Shown one piece after another: positions 55,460 to 64,000 of a stretch of DNA of 64,000 nt (its first letter is position 1; the number at the start of each line of letters is the position of its first letter). Where the stretch lies: contig JBAZUR010000001.1 of assembly GCA_041661305.1 (NCBI GenBank), positions 33,591 to 97,590 of the forward strand, in the 5' to 3' direction. Position numbers and translations under genes: made by a program. Under the pieces are notes generated by a model, which was given only the letters and a program-made list of their open reading frames with translations, searched no databases and had not been told where the DNA came from. The DNA is from Minisyncoccota bacterium. GTDB taxonomy: Bacteria; Patescibacteriota; Minisyncoccia; Phycocordibacterales; VMEP01.

Positions 55460-56668
55460 ATGAAGAAAAGGAGAAAGATATACTTAGATCACGCGGCGAC
55501 AACACCCATAGACCCAAAGGTTGTGACACTTGTTTCAAAATCTATGACGGGGATTTTTGGTAACCCTGGCGCTTTATATGATGACGGGATTTTGGCAAAA
55601 AGATCCTTGGAAAAAGCACGAGGCGATGTGGCTAAAATTTTATCTGTCCTTCCTGATGAAATAATTTTCACGAGTGGTGGTACGGAGAGTGATAATCTGG
55701 CTTTGTTTGGGGTAGTGAGAGCGGCTCAAGAAAAATTCCCAAAAAAGAAACTACACATTATTGTGTCCTCGATTGAACACTCTGCCGTCCTTGAGGTTGC
55801 TCTCGAACTTGAGAAGGATGGTGTTTCTGTTAGTTATATTGCGCCAGATAAAGATGGCATTGTTTCTCCAAAAGCTATTAATGGAGCTTTACAAGAAAAC
55901 ACGGTGTTTGTTTCGGTGATGTACGCAAATAATGAAATTGGAACAATAGAGCCAATTCGCGAGATAGCAAAAACTATTAGGCACTATAAAAAAAATAACA
56001 AGACGATTCTTGGTCAGTATCCTGTTTTTCATACTGACGCATCACAGGCCACTTCGTATCTTCCACTTCGTGTACCACCACTTGGCGTTGATATGATGAC
56101 GTTGTCGAGTCAGAAGATTTACGGTCCGCGTGGTATAGGTGCTTTGTATATAAATAGGGGGGTTTTGGTTAAGCCGATTCTTTTTGGTGGCGAGCAAGAG
56201 CGTGGAATTCGTCCAGGAACAGAAAATGTGGCTCTTATTTTAGGGTTTGCAGAAGCACTTCGTATTACAGAACAAAAGAAGGACAGCGAGGTAAAGAGAC
56301 TCATAGTCCTGAGGGATTATTTTATTAAGCGATTATTAAAGGATGTGCCAGGGGCTGTTTTAAATGGACACGCAAAAGAGCGATTGCCAAATAACGTTAA
56401 TATTTCGATTAGTGGTGTGGATAACGATTTTTTGGTGATTAGTTTAGCAGAGCAGGGCATACTGTGCTCTACTAGAAGTGCCTGTAAGACAAATGATGAG
56501 AAAGGCTCACATGTTATACTTGCATTAGGAGGCGATAAAAACTTAGCAAGAGAAAGTTTACGTTTTTCACTAGGGCGCGATACCACAAAAGACAAATTAG
56601 ACACAACTGTCTTGGAGCTTGTGCGCATTGTTAAAGAAATTAAAAAATTTGGAAAAAATATTAATTAA
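55460..56668 (+). CDS. Cysteine desulfurase (NifS/IscS family, class V aminotransferase)
   Basis: LDHAATTP, SSIEHSAV and SSQKIYGPRGIGALY (PLP-Lys). Confidence 0.85.
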   Translation: MKKRRKIYLDHAATTPIDPKVVTLVSKSMTGIFGNPGALYDDGILAKRSLEKARGDVAKILSVLPDEIIFTSGGTESDNLALFGVVRAAQEKFPKKKLHIIVSSIEHSAVLEVALELEKDGVSVSYIAPDKDGIVSPKAINGALQENTVFVSVMYANNEIGTIEPIREIAKTIRHYKKNNKTILGQYPVFHTDASQATSYLPLRVPPLGVDMMTLSSQKIYGPRGIGALYINRGVLVKPILFGGEQERGIRPGTENVALILGFAEALRITEQKKDSEVKRLIVLRDYFIKRLLKDVPGAVLNGHAKERLPNNVNISISGVDNDFLVISLAEQGILCSTRSACKTNDEKGSHVILALGGDKNLARESLRFSLGRDTTKDKLDTTVLELVRIVKEIKKFGKNIN

Positions 56669-56677
56669 AAAAATCAT

Positions 56678-57247
56678 ATGAATTACGAAGCAAAAAATTT
56701 TGATCACCTGTTAGGACTTTCTGGTTTTAGTGACACTCTTTTAAAAAATCATTTCACCCTTTATCAGGGTTATGTGAACAATACGAATAAGGTTGTAGAA
56801 ACCTTAAAAACCGTAGAAGCGGGAACTCCGCAATGGAACGAACTTAAGCGCCGCTTTGGTTGGGAGTGGAACGGAATGCGTTTACACGAACTTTATTTTG
56901 GAAACATGAAGCTAGACGGCTCTGCTTTAAAAGACGACGGTGAATTAAAGAAGGTAATGAATTATGTTTGGGGTTCATTTGAGGACTGGAAAAAGGACTT
57001 TGTTTCTTGTGGGACAATGCGCGGTATTGGTTGGGTTGTTTTGGCGTATGACCCTGAAAAAAAGATGGTCTTTAATACTTGGATAAACGAACATGACGCA
57101 GGACATCTCGCAGGAGCAACACCTATTTTGGTTATGGACGTTTTTGAGCATGCATATATTTCTGACTATGGACTAAAAAGAGCTGATTATATCGAGGCAT
57201 TTATGAACGCAATTGATTGGGAGGTAGTAGAAAAACGTTTTTCTTAG
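56678..57247 (+). CDS. Fe/Mn-family superoxide dismutase-like protein (atypical N-terminal ligand motif)
   Basis: DVFEHAYISDY (DxWEHAYY box) and WNGMRLHELYF are conserved. The canonical N-terminal HHxKHH is replaced by NHFTLYQGYVNN. Confidence 0.65.
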   Translation: MNYEAKNFDHLLGLSGFSDTLLKNHFTLYQGYVNNTNKVVETLKTVEAGTPQWNELKRRFGWEWNGMRLHELYFGNMKLDGSALKDDGELKKVMNYVWGSFEDWKKDFVSCGTMRGIGWVVLAYDPEKKMVFNTWINEHDAGHLAGATPILVMDVFEHAYISDYGLKRADYIEAFMNAIDWEVVEKRFS

Positions 57248-57266
57248 GTTTTTTATAGGGAAAGAC

Positions 57267-58145
57267 TTGCTCTACGGTTTAATACCATTTATATTTAGAG
57301 GAATGGATTATCTAAACAAAACACAACTCGTTCTTCTTGCAATTCTTGTTAGTTTTGTTTCCTCAATTGCGACGGGTATTGTGATGATTAAGCTCACAGA
57401 GAATTCCCCACAACCTATCACTCAAACTATAAATAGGGTTATCGAAAAAACAATTGAAAGAGTTGCCCCAGAGCGCAGTACGAGCATTGTTACGAAGATA
57501 ATTAAAGAAGAGGAGTTGGTGGTTTCTGCTATTGAGAAAAATAACGGAAACGTAGTAAAGATCAAAACCGACGTTGATTTAGAAAAAAACAACCCAGGAA
57601 CATTGCTTGGTTATGGTTTTGTTTTTTCAGGAAGTGAAAAATTGGTTGTAACAGATTTGAGTATTGTTAGTGATTCTGATATCCCATATGTTGCTGAATT
57701 TGCAAACGGAAGCATGGTTCGCATTGAGCGCGTGTACGCTAGTGGAAGTGGGGTAGCTATTATGAAACTTGTTTTAGGTGCTACTGATACTGCTCCAACA
57801 CTCTTAGAGTTGACTACAGCAAGTGAGACAACAGTGAAAGTTGGACAAACCGTTATTGGACTGACTGAACTAGTCTCAACAGGTCTTATCTCCGGCATAA
57901 TTTTTGAGAAAAATGTTTCTTCTGCCACAACGACCACAACTGGCGAAATCGATAAAACACACATAAGTGCAATTAAGACAAACATCACTACAACAAGAGA
58001 AACTGGTTGGCCATTGATAAATCTAAATGGAGATATCGTTGGGGTAGCGATATCAAAAGATATGGCACAGTTTGTTGTCCCCGGGAGTTATATTGAGGCA
58101 GCTATTTCTGAGGCAAAAAATAAGGGAAGTGAGAGCGTTCAGTAG
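57267..58145 (+). CDS. Membrane-anchored trypsin-like (S1C/HtrA-like) fold protein, probably catalytically inactive
   Basis: TGWPLINLNGDIVGVA aligns with HtrA GNSGGPLVNLNGEVIGI, but the catalytic Ser is absent. SGVAIMKLV sits in place of the Asp box. Confidence 0.4.
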   Translation: MLYGLIPFIFRGMDYLNKTQLVLLAILVSFVSSIATGIVMIKLTENSPQPITQTINRVIEKTIERVAPERSTSIVTKIIKEEELVVSAIEKNNGNVVKIKTDVDLEKNNPGTLLGYGFVFSGSEKLVVTDLSIVSDSDIPYVAEFANGSMVRIERVYASGSGVAIMKLVLGATDTAPTLLELTTASETTVKVGQTVIGLTELVSTGLISGIIFEKNVSSATTTTTGEIDKTHISAIKTNITTTRETGWPLINLNGDIVGVAISKDMAQFVVPGSYIEAAISEAKNKGSESVQ

Positions 58146-58222
58146 TTTTGACAAATCAAAATTAAATGTTATAGTTTCCTCGTATTTGTGCTTTGTTTTA
58201 ACTAATAAACTAGTAAATAAAA

Positions 58223-60919
58223 ATGCCACCACTTGATAGATTTACAACAAAAGCCCAGCAAGCAATAAGTAGAGCTCACGAGCTTGCTGTTGAGCGTGGC
58301 CAAAATCACGTTACTCCTGTGCACCTCCTAACATCTTTGGTGCTTCAAGATGAAAGCACGGTTATTTCTGTTCTCGAAAAATTAGAAGTTGATATCTCTC
58401 TTTTGACAGACTCTCTTCTTGAAGCAATTGAATCTCCAGAGTCAGCTACAACAATGGCTCCGTCATATCATTTGTTTTTAACGCCAGATCTTGCCCGAAT
58501 TCTTGAGGGTTCTGTAAAAATTGCTCAGTACATGAAAGACGACTTAGCGTCGACCGAGCACCTATTTTTGGCTCTTTGTGAAGTGCCAGGACAAGCGAGA
58601 GAAATTTTAAATCGTTTTCGTGTTAACAAAGAAGTGACGATGACTATTTTAGAGGAGCTTCGAAACAAGAATGTTGTTGATGTTGATTCTCCTAAAAAGT
58701 TTCGCGTGCTTTCAAAATATACTCGAAACCTAACAGACCTTGCCCGTGAAGATAAGCTTGACCCTGTAATTGGTCGCGACAGTGAAATAATGCGCATCAT
58801 GCAAATTCTTTCTCGTCGTACAAAAAATAATCCAATTTTGATTGGAGATGCAGGTACAGGTAAGACTGCAGTGGTTGAAGGTCTTGCCATTCGTATTTCA
58901 AGAGGAGACGTTCCGGAATCGCTTCGAGATAAAGAATTAGTTTCGCTTGATTTAGGTTCTCTTATTGCTGGCACGAAATATCGAGGTGAGTTTGAGGAGC
59001 GTATGCGTGCGATGATGAAGGAGATAGAAAAAAGCGAAGGACGCGTTATTTTGTTTATCGATGAACTACACACTATTGTCGGAGCGGGAAGTGCTGAGGG
59101 GGCACTCGATCTCGCAAACATTCTAAAACCAGCCTTGGCTCGTGGTGAATTGCGTGCTGTCGGCGCGACAACCCTTAAGGAATACCAAAAGCATATTGAA
59201 AAAGACCCAGCCTTGGCTCGACGCTTTCAGCCTGTTTTTGTTGACGAGCCATCTCCTGAAGATACCATCGCAATTTTGCGTGGACTTAAAGAAAAATATG
59301 AGCTTTACCACGGCGTGCGTATTACTGATGATGCAATCGTTGCGGCTGTGAATTTGAGTATTCGTTATATAACAAACAGATTTTTGCCAGACAAAGCCGT
59401 TGACCTTATTGATGAGGCAGCTTCTTCGATGCGCATAGCGCTTGAAAATAAGCCACCAGCACTTGAAGAAACACATCGCAAGGTGATGCGTCTTGAAATA
59501 GAGAAAGAAGCCTTGAAGAAAGAATTGGAGGTTGGTACAGACACCGTAGGAAGCAAGAAGACAAAAGCACGAGTTAAAATTATTGACAATGAAATTGCTG
59601 ACCTAAGAGAGAAAACTAAAGCTCTTGAGATTAAATGGAAGAACGAGAAAACAATTCTTGATGATATTCGCGTTGTTAAGAAAAGTTTAGACACTTTGCG
59701 TGTTGAAGCCGAAAATGCTGAGATTCGCGCCGATTTAACTCGCGCTGCAGAAATAAGATACAGCAAGATACCAGCGTTAGAAAAGGACTTACACCTTAAA
59801 ATGACGCGTTTAAAGAAGCTTCAGAAAACCAAACGTATTTTGCGTGAAGAAATTAGCGAGGAAGATATTGCTGATGTGGTGTCTCGTTGGACAAATATTC
59901 CCGTTTCAAAAATGCTTGAGGAAGAAATTGAAAAACTCTCTCGCATGGAAGACGAACTTCGAAAACGCGTAATAGGGCAAGATGAGGCTATTAAAAAAGT
60001 TTCTGATGCTGTACGACGCTCAAGAGCTGGTGTTTCTGATCCAAACCGACCTATTGGCTCGTTCATATTCTTGGGACCTACTGGTGTTGGAAAAACTGAG
60101 TTAACAAAAGCTTTAGCCCAATTTATGTTTAATGACGAGCGTGCTTTGATACGCGTGGATATGTCCGAATATATGGAAAGTCATTCAGTTTCTAAGTTGA
60201 TTGGTTCTCCTCCTGGTTACGTTGGTCACGATGATTCAGGACAACTGACAGAATCTGTTCGTCACCGCCCATACTCTGTGATTTTGTTCGACGAAATTGA
60301 GAAGGCTCACCCAGAAGTATTTAATTTGTTGCTTCAGGTTCTTGATGACGGTCGACTCACAGACGCAAAGGGTCGTGTGGTCAACTTCAGAAACTCTGTG
60401 ATTATTTTGACCTCAAACATCGGCTCACAGTTTATTTCAAAAATGGAATCCATGGGCTTTAGTTCGAAAACAACAGCTCAAGATTATTCTGGGACAAAAG
60501 AAAAAGTCTTGGGGACATTGAAAGATTACTTCCGCCCAGAATTCCTAAATCGTCTGGATGATATTATTGTGTTTGATATTCTTTCGGAGGCTGCTATCCG
60601 TGACATTGTTACTATTCAGACAGAGATTGTTCGCAAGCGTCTTGAGACAAAAGATATGAGTTTGGAAATAAGTGAAGAGGCGCTTAAGTATTTGGCTCGT
60701 GAAGGTTATAGCCCTCATTATGGTGCACGCCCACTAAAGAGACTTATTCAGGAAAGGATTTTGAATAAAGTGGCAATGCTTATCATTTCAAAATCTATAT
60801 CGGCAGGGGACAAGGTTCTGGTTACCGAAAAGAATAATGATCTAGCAATTGAAATTAATCGAGGCAAAACAATCAGCCCGATTAAAAGGAAAAGTCTAAG
60901 AAAAAAGTCTACGGCATAG
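58223..60919 (+). CDS. clpB: ATP-dependent chaperone ClpB
   Basis: Two Clp_N repeats, two AAA+ modules ([13 protein letters not shown]; [15 protein letters not shown]) and a long coiled-coil M-domain. Confidence 0.9.
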   Translation: MPPLDRFTTKAQQAISRAHELAVERGQNHVTPVHLLTSLVLQDESTVISVLEKLEVDISLLTDSLLEAIESPESATTMAPSYHLFLTPDLARILEGSVKIAQYMKDDLASTEHLFLALCEVPGQAREILNRFRVNKEVTMTILEELRNKNVVDVDSPKKFRVLSKYTRNLTDLAREDKLDPVIGRDSEIMRIMQILSRRTKNNPILIGDAGTGKTAVVEGLAIRISRGDVPESLRDKELVSLDLGSLIAGTKYRGEFEERMRAMMKEIEKSEGRVILFIDELHTIVGAGSAEGALDLANILKPALARGELRAVGATTLKEYQKHIEKDPALARRFQPVFVDEPSPEDTIAILRGLKEKYELYHGVRITDDAIVAAVNLSIRYITNRFLPDKAVDLIDEAASSMRIALENKPPALEETHRKVMRLEIEKEALKKELEVGTDTVGSKKTKARVKIIDNEIADLREKTKALEIKWKNEKTILDDIRVVKKSLDTLRVEAENAEIRADLTRAAEIRYSKIPALEKDLHLKMTRLKKLQKTKRILREEISEEDIADVVSRWTNIPVSKMLEEEIEKLSRMEDELRKRVIGQDEAIKKVSDAVRRSRAGVSDPNRPIGSFIFLGPTGVGKTELTKALAQFMFNDERALIRVDMSEYMESHSVSKLIGSPPGYVGHDDSGQLTESVRHRPYSVILFDEIEKAHPEVFNLLLQVLDDGRLTDAKGRVVNFRNSVIILTSNIGSQFISKMESMGFSSKTTAQDYSGTKEKVLGTLKDYFRPEFLNRLDDIIVFDILSEAAIRDIVTIQTEIVRKRLETKDMSLEISEEALKYLAREGYSPHYGARPLKRLIQERILNKVAMLIISKSISAGDKVLVTEKNNDLAIEINRGKTISPIKRKSLRKKSTA

Positions 60920-60974
60920 AAAACAAAAAATAACGGCCAAGTGCCGTTATTTTTTGTTTGAGGTTCTTATTAAA

Positions 60975-61823
60975 TTATCCAAACTTAATAAGGAGAACGA
61001 TAAGGAATGAAAGGAAAATAAAAAACAATCCTTTTGCGGTGATTTTCTCCTTGAAAAATAACGAGGCGAGTAAACTGGTGAAAAAAGTATAGAGTCCAAT
61101 AATTACGTGAACTAGTGATATTGGCCCAAGTGAAAGTGCTTTTATAATTGTGTAAGTCACCCCAAATTGAAGAACTCCGCTCGCAGCAGACCATTTGAGC
61201 ATTTCGCCGTGAGTTAAGTCTTTTATAGAGATATGTTTTCGTTTGTAAAACAAGATTATAAAGGATGCGATAAGCGCGAATGTTAATTGCCAAAAAATAA
61301 AATTATATATATTTACATGGTCTGCTCCAGCTTTTTGAATAAACTTGTTGAAAGTTGAGAGCAGTGAAATAAACATGAAAGACGGCAATATTTCAACAAT
61401 AAAATGTATTTTGTTGTTCCAGTATTGCGATATAAAAAGTAGAACCGAAAGGGAAACAGCAACCCACTGAATAAAAGTGATTGTTTCGTTGAGAAAAAGA
61501 ACCCCACCGATAATGACCAAAATATTAGAAACTAGACTTGTGAATGGAAATACACTACTTGTGTCTTGTTTGTGCAAAACATGCATTTGGGTAAGTGAAA
61601 GTATTGAATAGCCCGTTCCCCACAAAAGAGCGAATATAACTGTTTTGACGTCAAAAGAAATGTAATTATATAAAAAAATTCCAGCTAAAATTGAGGCAAA
61701 AAAATAAGACCACACCGAAAGTGTGTATTTGTTAATTTGTTTAGCTGCTGGGACTTTATACAGAGTCATTAACAAGCTTACCTGTACTAAGCCCATAGCA
61801 GCATAGATTGCCCAGCTGTTCAT
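60975..61823 (-). CDS. EamA/DMT-family transporter
   Basis: 282 aa, 10 TM helices in a 5+5 EamA arrangement. Confidence 0.65.
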   Translation of the reverse strand: MNSWAIYAAMGLVQVSLLMTLYKVPAAKQINKYTLSVWSYFFASILAGIFLYNYISFDVKTVIFALLWGTGYSILSLTQMHVLHKQDTSSVFPFTSLVSNILVIIGGVLFLNETITFIQWVAVSLSVLLFISQYWNNKIHFIVEILPSFMFISLLSTFNKFIQKAGADHVNIYNFIFWQLTFALIASFIILFYKRKHISIKDLTHGEMLKWSAASGVLQFGVTYTIIKALSLGPISLVHVIIGLYTFFTSLLASLFFKEKITAKGLFFIFLSFLIVLLIKFG

Positions 61824-61867
61824 TAGATTATATTATCACGCTCCGGCTTTCGAATCCTTCTAAACAC

Positions 61868-61892
61868 AAAAAATCCCTTTCGGGATTTTTTA
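61868..61892 (-). terminator. Terminator downstream of tRNA-Tyr
   Basis: aaaaaatccc-tttc-gggatttttt. Confidence 0.6.
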
Positions 61893-61895
61893 GCT

Positions 61896-61981
61896 GGTGC
61901 GTCGGGAAGGATTCGAACCTTCGAAGGACTAAGTCCGACAGATTTACAGTCTGTTGCGATTGACCACTCCGCCACCGACGC
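61896..61981 (-). tRNA. tRNA-Tyr (anticodon GTA), CCA encoded
   Basis: Reverse complement GCGTCGGTGGCGGAGTGGTCAATCGCAACAGACTGTAAATCTGT...GAAGGTTCGAATCCTTCCCGACGCACCA. Confidence 0.85.
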
Positions 61982-62083
61982 ATATGGTGCTTGCGTATAA
62001 TAACTTCATAAGCGTTGTTTGTAAACTACTGGAAATTAAAAAAGGCCGTCTTGGTGACGGCCTTTTGGTTGTGATGGAATGGC

Positions 62084-62220
62084 TTCAAGGGAACCAATTG
62101 CGGTCGCTTGGCTTGCCACGCATCGCGAGCCACAGCAATAGCCCTGCAATTCCGCCTATTCCGAGTATCGCCAAAAGAAGGGCGAAAGCCGGTTTTATTA
62201 CTAGACTTAGTGCTTCCATT
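62084..62220 (-). CDS. Small hydrophobic peptide (44 aa)
   Basis: MEALSLVIKPAFALLLAILGIGGIAGLLLWLAMRGKPSDRNWFP. AGGAG RBS 7 nt upstream. Hairpin terminator 62040-62068 downstream. Not in the ORF track (<60 aa). Confidence 0.35.
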
Positions 62221-62265
62221 CTCTTCTCCTAAGGTGCGTGTCTGTTTGAGACAATAAAGTACACA

Positions 62266-62823
62266 CTAAAAGTTGTCAACGATATGCCCGAGCTCCCTAA
62301 AAGACGCCTCAAATTGTTTCATTACTTTTGTGCCACGTAAGGCAGCCGCTGGATGGAACATTGGGAATATTTTTCTTCCACTCACTTCAGATATTTTTCC
62401 TTGAGCGAGAGAAATTTTAGCATCCGATAAAAAATAATTCGTCGCAAATCGTCCAAGTGGAACGATGATTCTGGGGTCAATTATTTCTATTTGTTTTGTA
62501 AGATATGGCTCGAAGCTTTTTATTTCTTTTTCACTCGGGTCGCGGTTTAATGGTGGGCGTTTTTTAACAATATTGGTGATATAGACATCTTCGCGTTTCC
62601 AGCCAATTTTTTCGAGATTCTTATTGATTAGTTGCCCGCTACGTCCGACGAAAGGTCGTTTTTCTAAATCTTCGTTTTTACCAGGTGCTTCGCCAATAAA
62701 CATAACCATACAATCAGGGCTACCCTCACCAAAGACTAAGTTACTTTTCTTTAGTGGAAGGGAAGTATTTGCTTCAATTTCGGCCTTAAGTATTGTTAGA
62801 GCCAGCTTTTTATTCATAAGCAT
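62266..62823 (-). CDS. Uracil-DNA glycosylase, family 4
   Basis: GEAPGKNEDLEKRPFVGRSGQLIN (family-4 motif A) and HPAAAL. Confidence 0.8.
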   Translation of the reverse strand: MLMNKKLALTILKAEIEANTSLPLKKSNLVFGEGSPDCMVMFIGEAPGKNEDLEKRPFVGRSGQLINKNLEKIGWKREDVYITNIVKKRPPLNRDPSEKEIKSFEPYLTKQIEIIDPRIIVPLGRFATNYFLSDAKISLAQGKISEVSGRKIFPMFHPAAALRGTKVMKQFEASFRELGHIVDNF

Positions 62824-62885
62824 ATATTATAGCGTTATGTTGCAAAAAATGGTGAATTATAGTATGCTCACGAGGATTAAATCAT

Positions 62886-63044
62886 ATGTCACAGGATCAA
62901 CTCATAAAATTGTCGTGCGCAACATGCAAGCACACCAACTATTGGAGTCGCAAAAACCGCAAGAAAGTCGAGCGAAAAATCGAGCTTAAAAAGTATTGCA
63001 AGTGGTGTAAAAAAGCCACCAAACATAAGGAGTCGAAGAAATAA
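62886..63044 (+). CDS. rpmG: 50S ribosomal protein L33 (zinc-ribbon type)
   Basis: 52 aa MSQDQLIKLSCATCKHTNYWSRKNRKKVERKIELKKYCKWCKKATKHKESKK (C4 ribbon). Not in the ORF track. Followed by terminator 63045-63078. Confidence 0.7.
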   Translation: MSQDQLIKLSCATCKHTNYWSRKNRKKVERKIELKKYCKWCKKATKHKESKK

Positions 63045-63078
63045 AAAACAAACCCCAGAAAGGGGTTTGTTTTTTATT
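63045..63078 (+). terminator. Rho-independent terminator
   Basis: aacaaacccc-agaaa-ggggtttgtt followed by TTTTTATTT. Confidence 0.7.
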
Positions 63079-63079
63079 T

Positions 63080-63224
63080 GGCGGGCCCACGGGAATCGGT
63101 CACAAGTATTTTTCTGCTGAAAAATCTCGCGACCCCAGCTCGGCACGTCTGCCTCCGCCTTTCGAATCCTCACGCAAGCAAAATGATTTGCTTGCTGTGA
63201 TCCCTACGTTCACTTTGTTCACAG
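63080..63224 (-). repeat. tRNA-associated miniature element downstream of tRNA-Trp
   Basis: Copy ggcgggcccacgggaatcg of the tRNA-Trp 3' end fused to M motif ggtcacaagtatttttctgctgaaaaatctcgcgaccccagctcg (63098-63142). Box ccgcctttcgaatcctc is an inverted copy of the tRNA T-region. Hairpin gcaagcaaaatgatttgcttgc. Confidence 0.65.
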
Positions 63225-63295
63225 CGGGCCCACGAGGATTCGAACCTCGGTCAACGGTTTTGGAGACCGTTATTCTACCACTGAACTATAGGCCC
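63225..63295 (-). tRNA. tRNA-Trp (anticodon CCA)
   Basis: Reverse complement GGGCCTATAGTTCAGTGGTAGAATAACGGTCTCCAAAACCGTTGACCGAGGTTCGAATCCTCGTGGGCCCG. Confidence 0.85.
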
Positions 63296-63555
63296 AAACG
63301 AGGAGCGGGGCGAAATGTGTCTGCGAGCGAGAAAATTTCTGAAAGCTTACTTGCAAGAATTTTTTCGAAAGCGGATAGAAATGGTCTACATTTCATTTCG
63401 TCCGAGCGCCAGGCCTACATCTGATTTTGATATAGGCCCAATGCGTAACAGCGAGTATATCAAGTTACAAAAAATGACGCTACTTAAGTTTTAAAAATAG
63501 TGATACAAAATTAAACAAAGCCACCTTCTCGGTGGCTTTGTGCGCTTGGGGTGAA

Positions 63556-63840
63556 TTAGTCTTCAACCCCGAAGATCTTGTACGTTGATTCGCGCTGGCT
63601 ATAGACCAGAGAACCAGGATTCTCGAGCGGGTCTTGAAAAAAGCGAACCCACCCATCAACCTCATCGAGGAAACGGAAAATCACCTCTTCTCCGTCCAGT
63701 GCGTCAGACTTGATGGCGATTTGGTTGAAGGCGTCTGGTCCGCTCTCCACTTGCTTGATATCAAGGATTCGCCCTGAATCGAAGAATGTTTCGTCGGGTG
63801 TATGGACAAAGACTTTTTGTCCAATTTCAAGACTACTCAT
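63556..63840 (-). CDS. Hypothetical protein
   Basis: 94 aa. GGAGAG RBS upstream. Terminator hairpin aaagccacc-ttct-cggtggcttt downstream (63518-63541). Confidence 0.5.
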   Translation of the reverse strand: MSSLEIGQKVFVHTPDETFFDSGRILDIKQVESGPDAFNQIAIKSDALDGEEVIFRFLDEVDGWVRFFQDPLENPGSLVYSQRESTYKIFGVED

Positions 63841-64000
63841 TTGAACTCTCCTTAAGTTCTGTGACTATTTCAAGACTACTTTTTCTTGCGAAGTAAGTCA
63901 ATTTTCAAAAATTTTTCTGCTTCTTTTATAATTTTTGCCTTTTCCATTGGTTTAAACCACTTTATTTCTTTGTCTTTTTTAAACCATGTTGCTTGGCGTT

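Noticed and set aside
61954-62232. 92-aa plus-strand ORF
   Set aside because: It overlaps tRNA-Tyr on the opposite strand, and also the better-supported small minus-strand peptide gene and a terminator hairpin.
63188-63424. 78-aa plus-strand ORF
   Set aside because: It overlaps tRNA-Trp (63225-63295) in antisense.
63430-63450. 11-nt copy (tataggcccaa) of the tRNA-Trp 5' end ~145 bp upstream of the gene, inside a hairpin
   Set aside because: Too short to distinguish from chance. Noted only because of the element biology at the other side of this tRNA.

Overview
This is an AT-rich (about 35-40% GC) window from a small bacterial genome. By gene content it is consistent with a CPR/Patescibacteria-like organism, but that is an inference. 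It is mostly housekeeping: nadK, murJ, lepA, valS, tsaD, hisS, lepB, ybeY, ftsA-ftsZ, trxB, rpsA, rpsU, pth, gyrA, infB-rbfA, clpB, rpmG and a cysteine desulfurase, plus 12 tRNA genes and an RNase P RNA.

The main accessory feature is an ~8.2-kb GC-richer block at 21610-29829 that abuts the 3' end of tRNA-Glu. It contains two nested pairs of perfect long inverted repeats (170 bp and 137 bp). One pair flanks a large serine recombinase gene. The other flanks a 6.1-kb cargo: a full-length LexA fused in-frame to a DNA methyltransferase, a convergent candidate restriction endonuclease with an XRE-type controller, a Cas4-like Fe-S nuclease, a Pro-rich winged-helix protein and a coiled-coil membrane protein.

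Three further repeat or RNA candidates stand out. (1) A family of at least 8 miniature (~140-190 bp) elements lies immediately 3' of tRNA genes (Val, Arg, Leu, Lys, Leu, Cys, Trp). Each has a conserved ~46-nt hairpin motif fused at a fixed junction to a direct copy of the cognate tRNA's T-loop-to-3'-end segment, plus an inverted copy of the T-loop segment. (2) A separate three-copy ~65-nt intergenic motif shows stem covariation. (3) A ~500-nt GC-rich non-coding region with GNRA-tetraloop hairpins, on the minus strand, lies next to a duplicated 3' fragment of an MFS gene.

Other notable content: a tandem array of five pilin-like (TrbC/VirB2-like) small membrane proteins, a GC-rich SPFH-NfeD operon and a GC-rich orphan ORF next to tRNA-associated elements.
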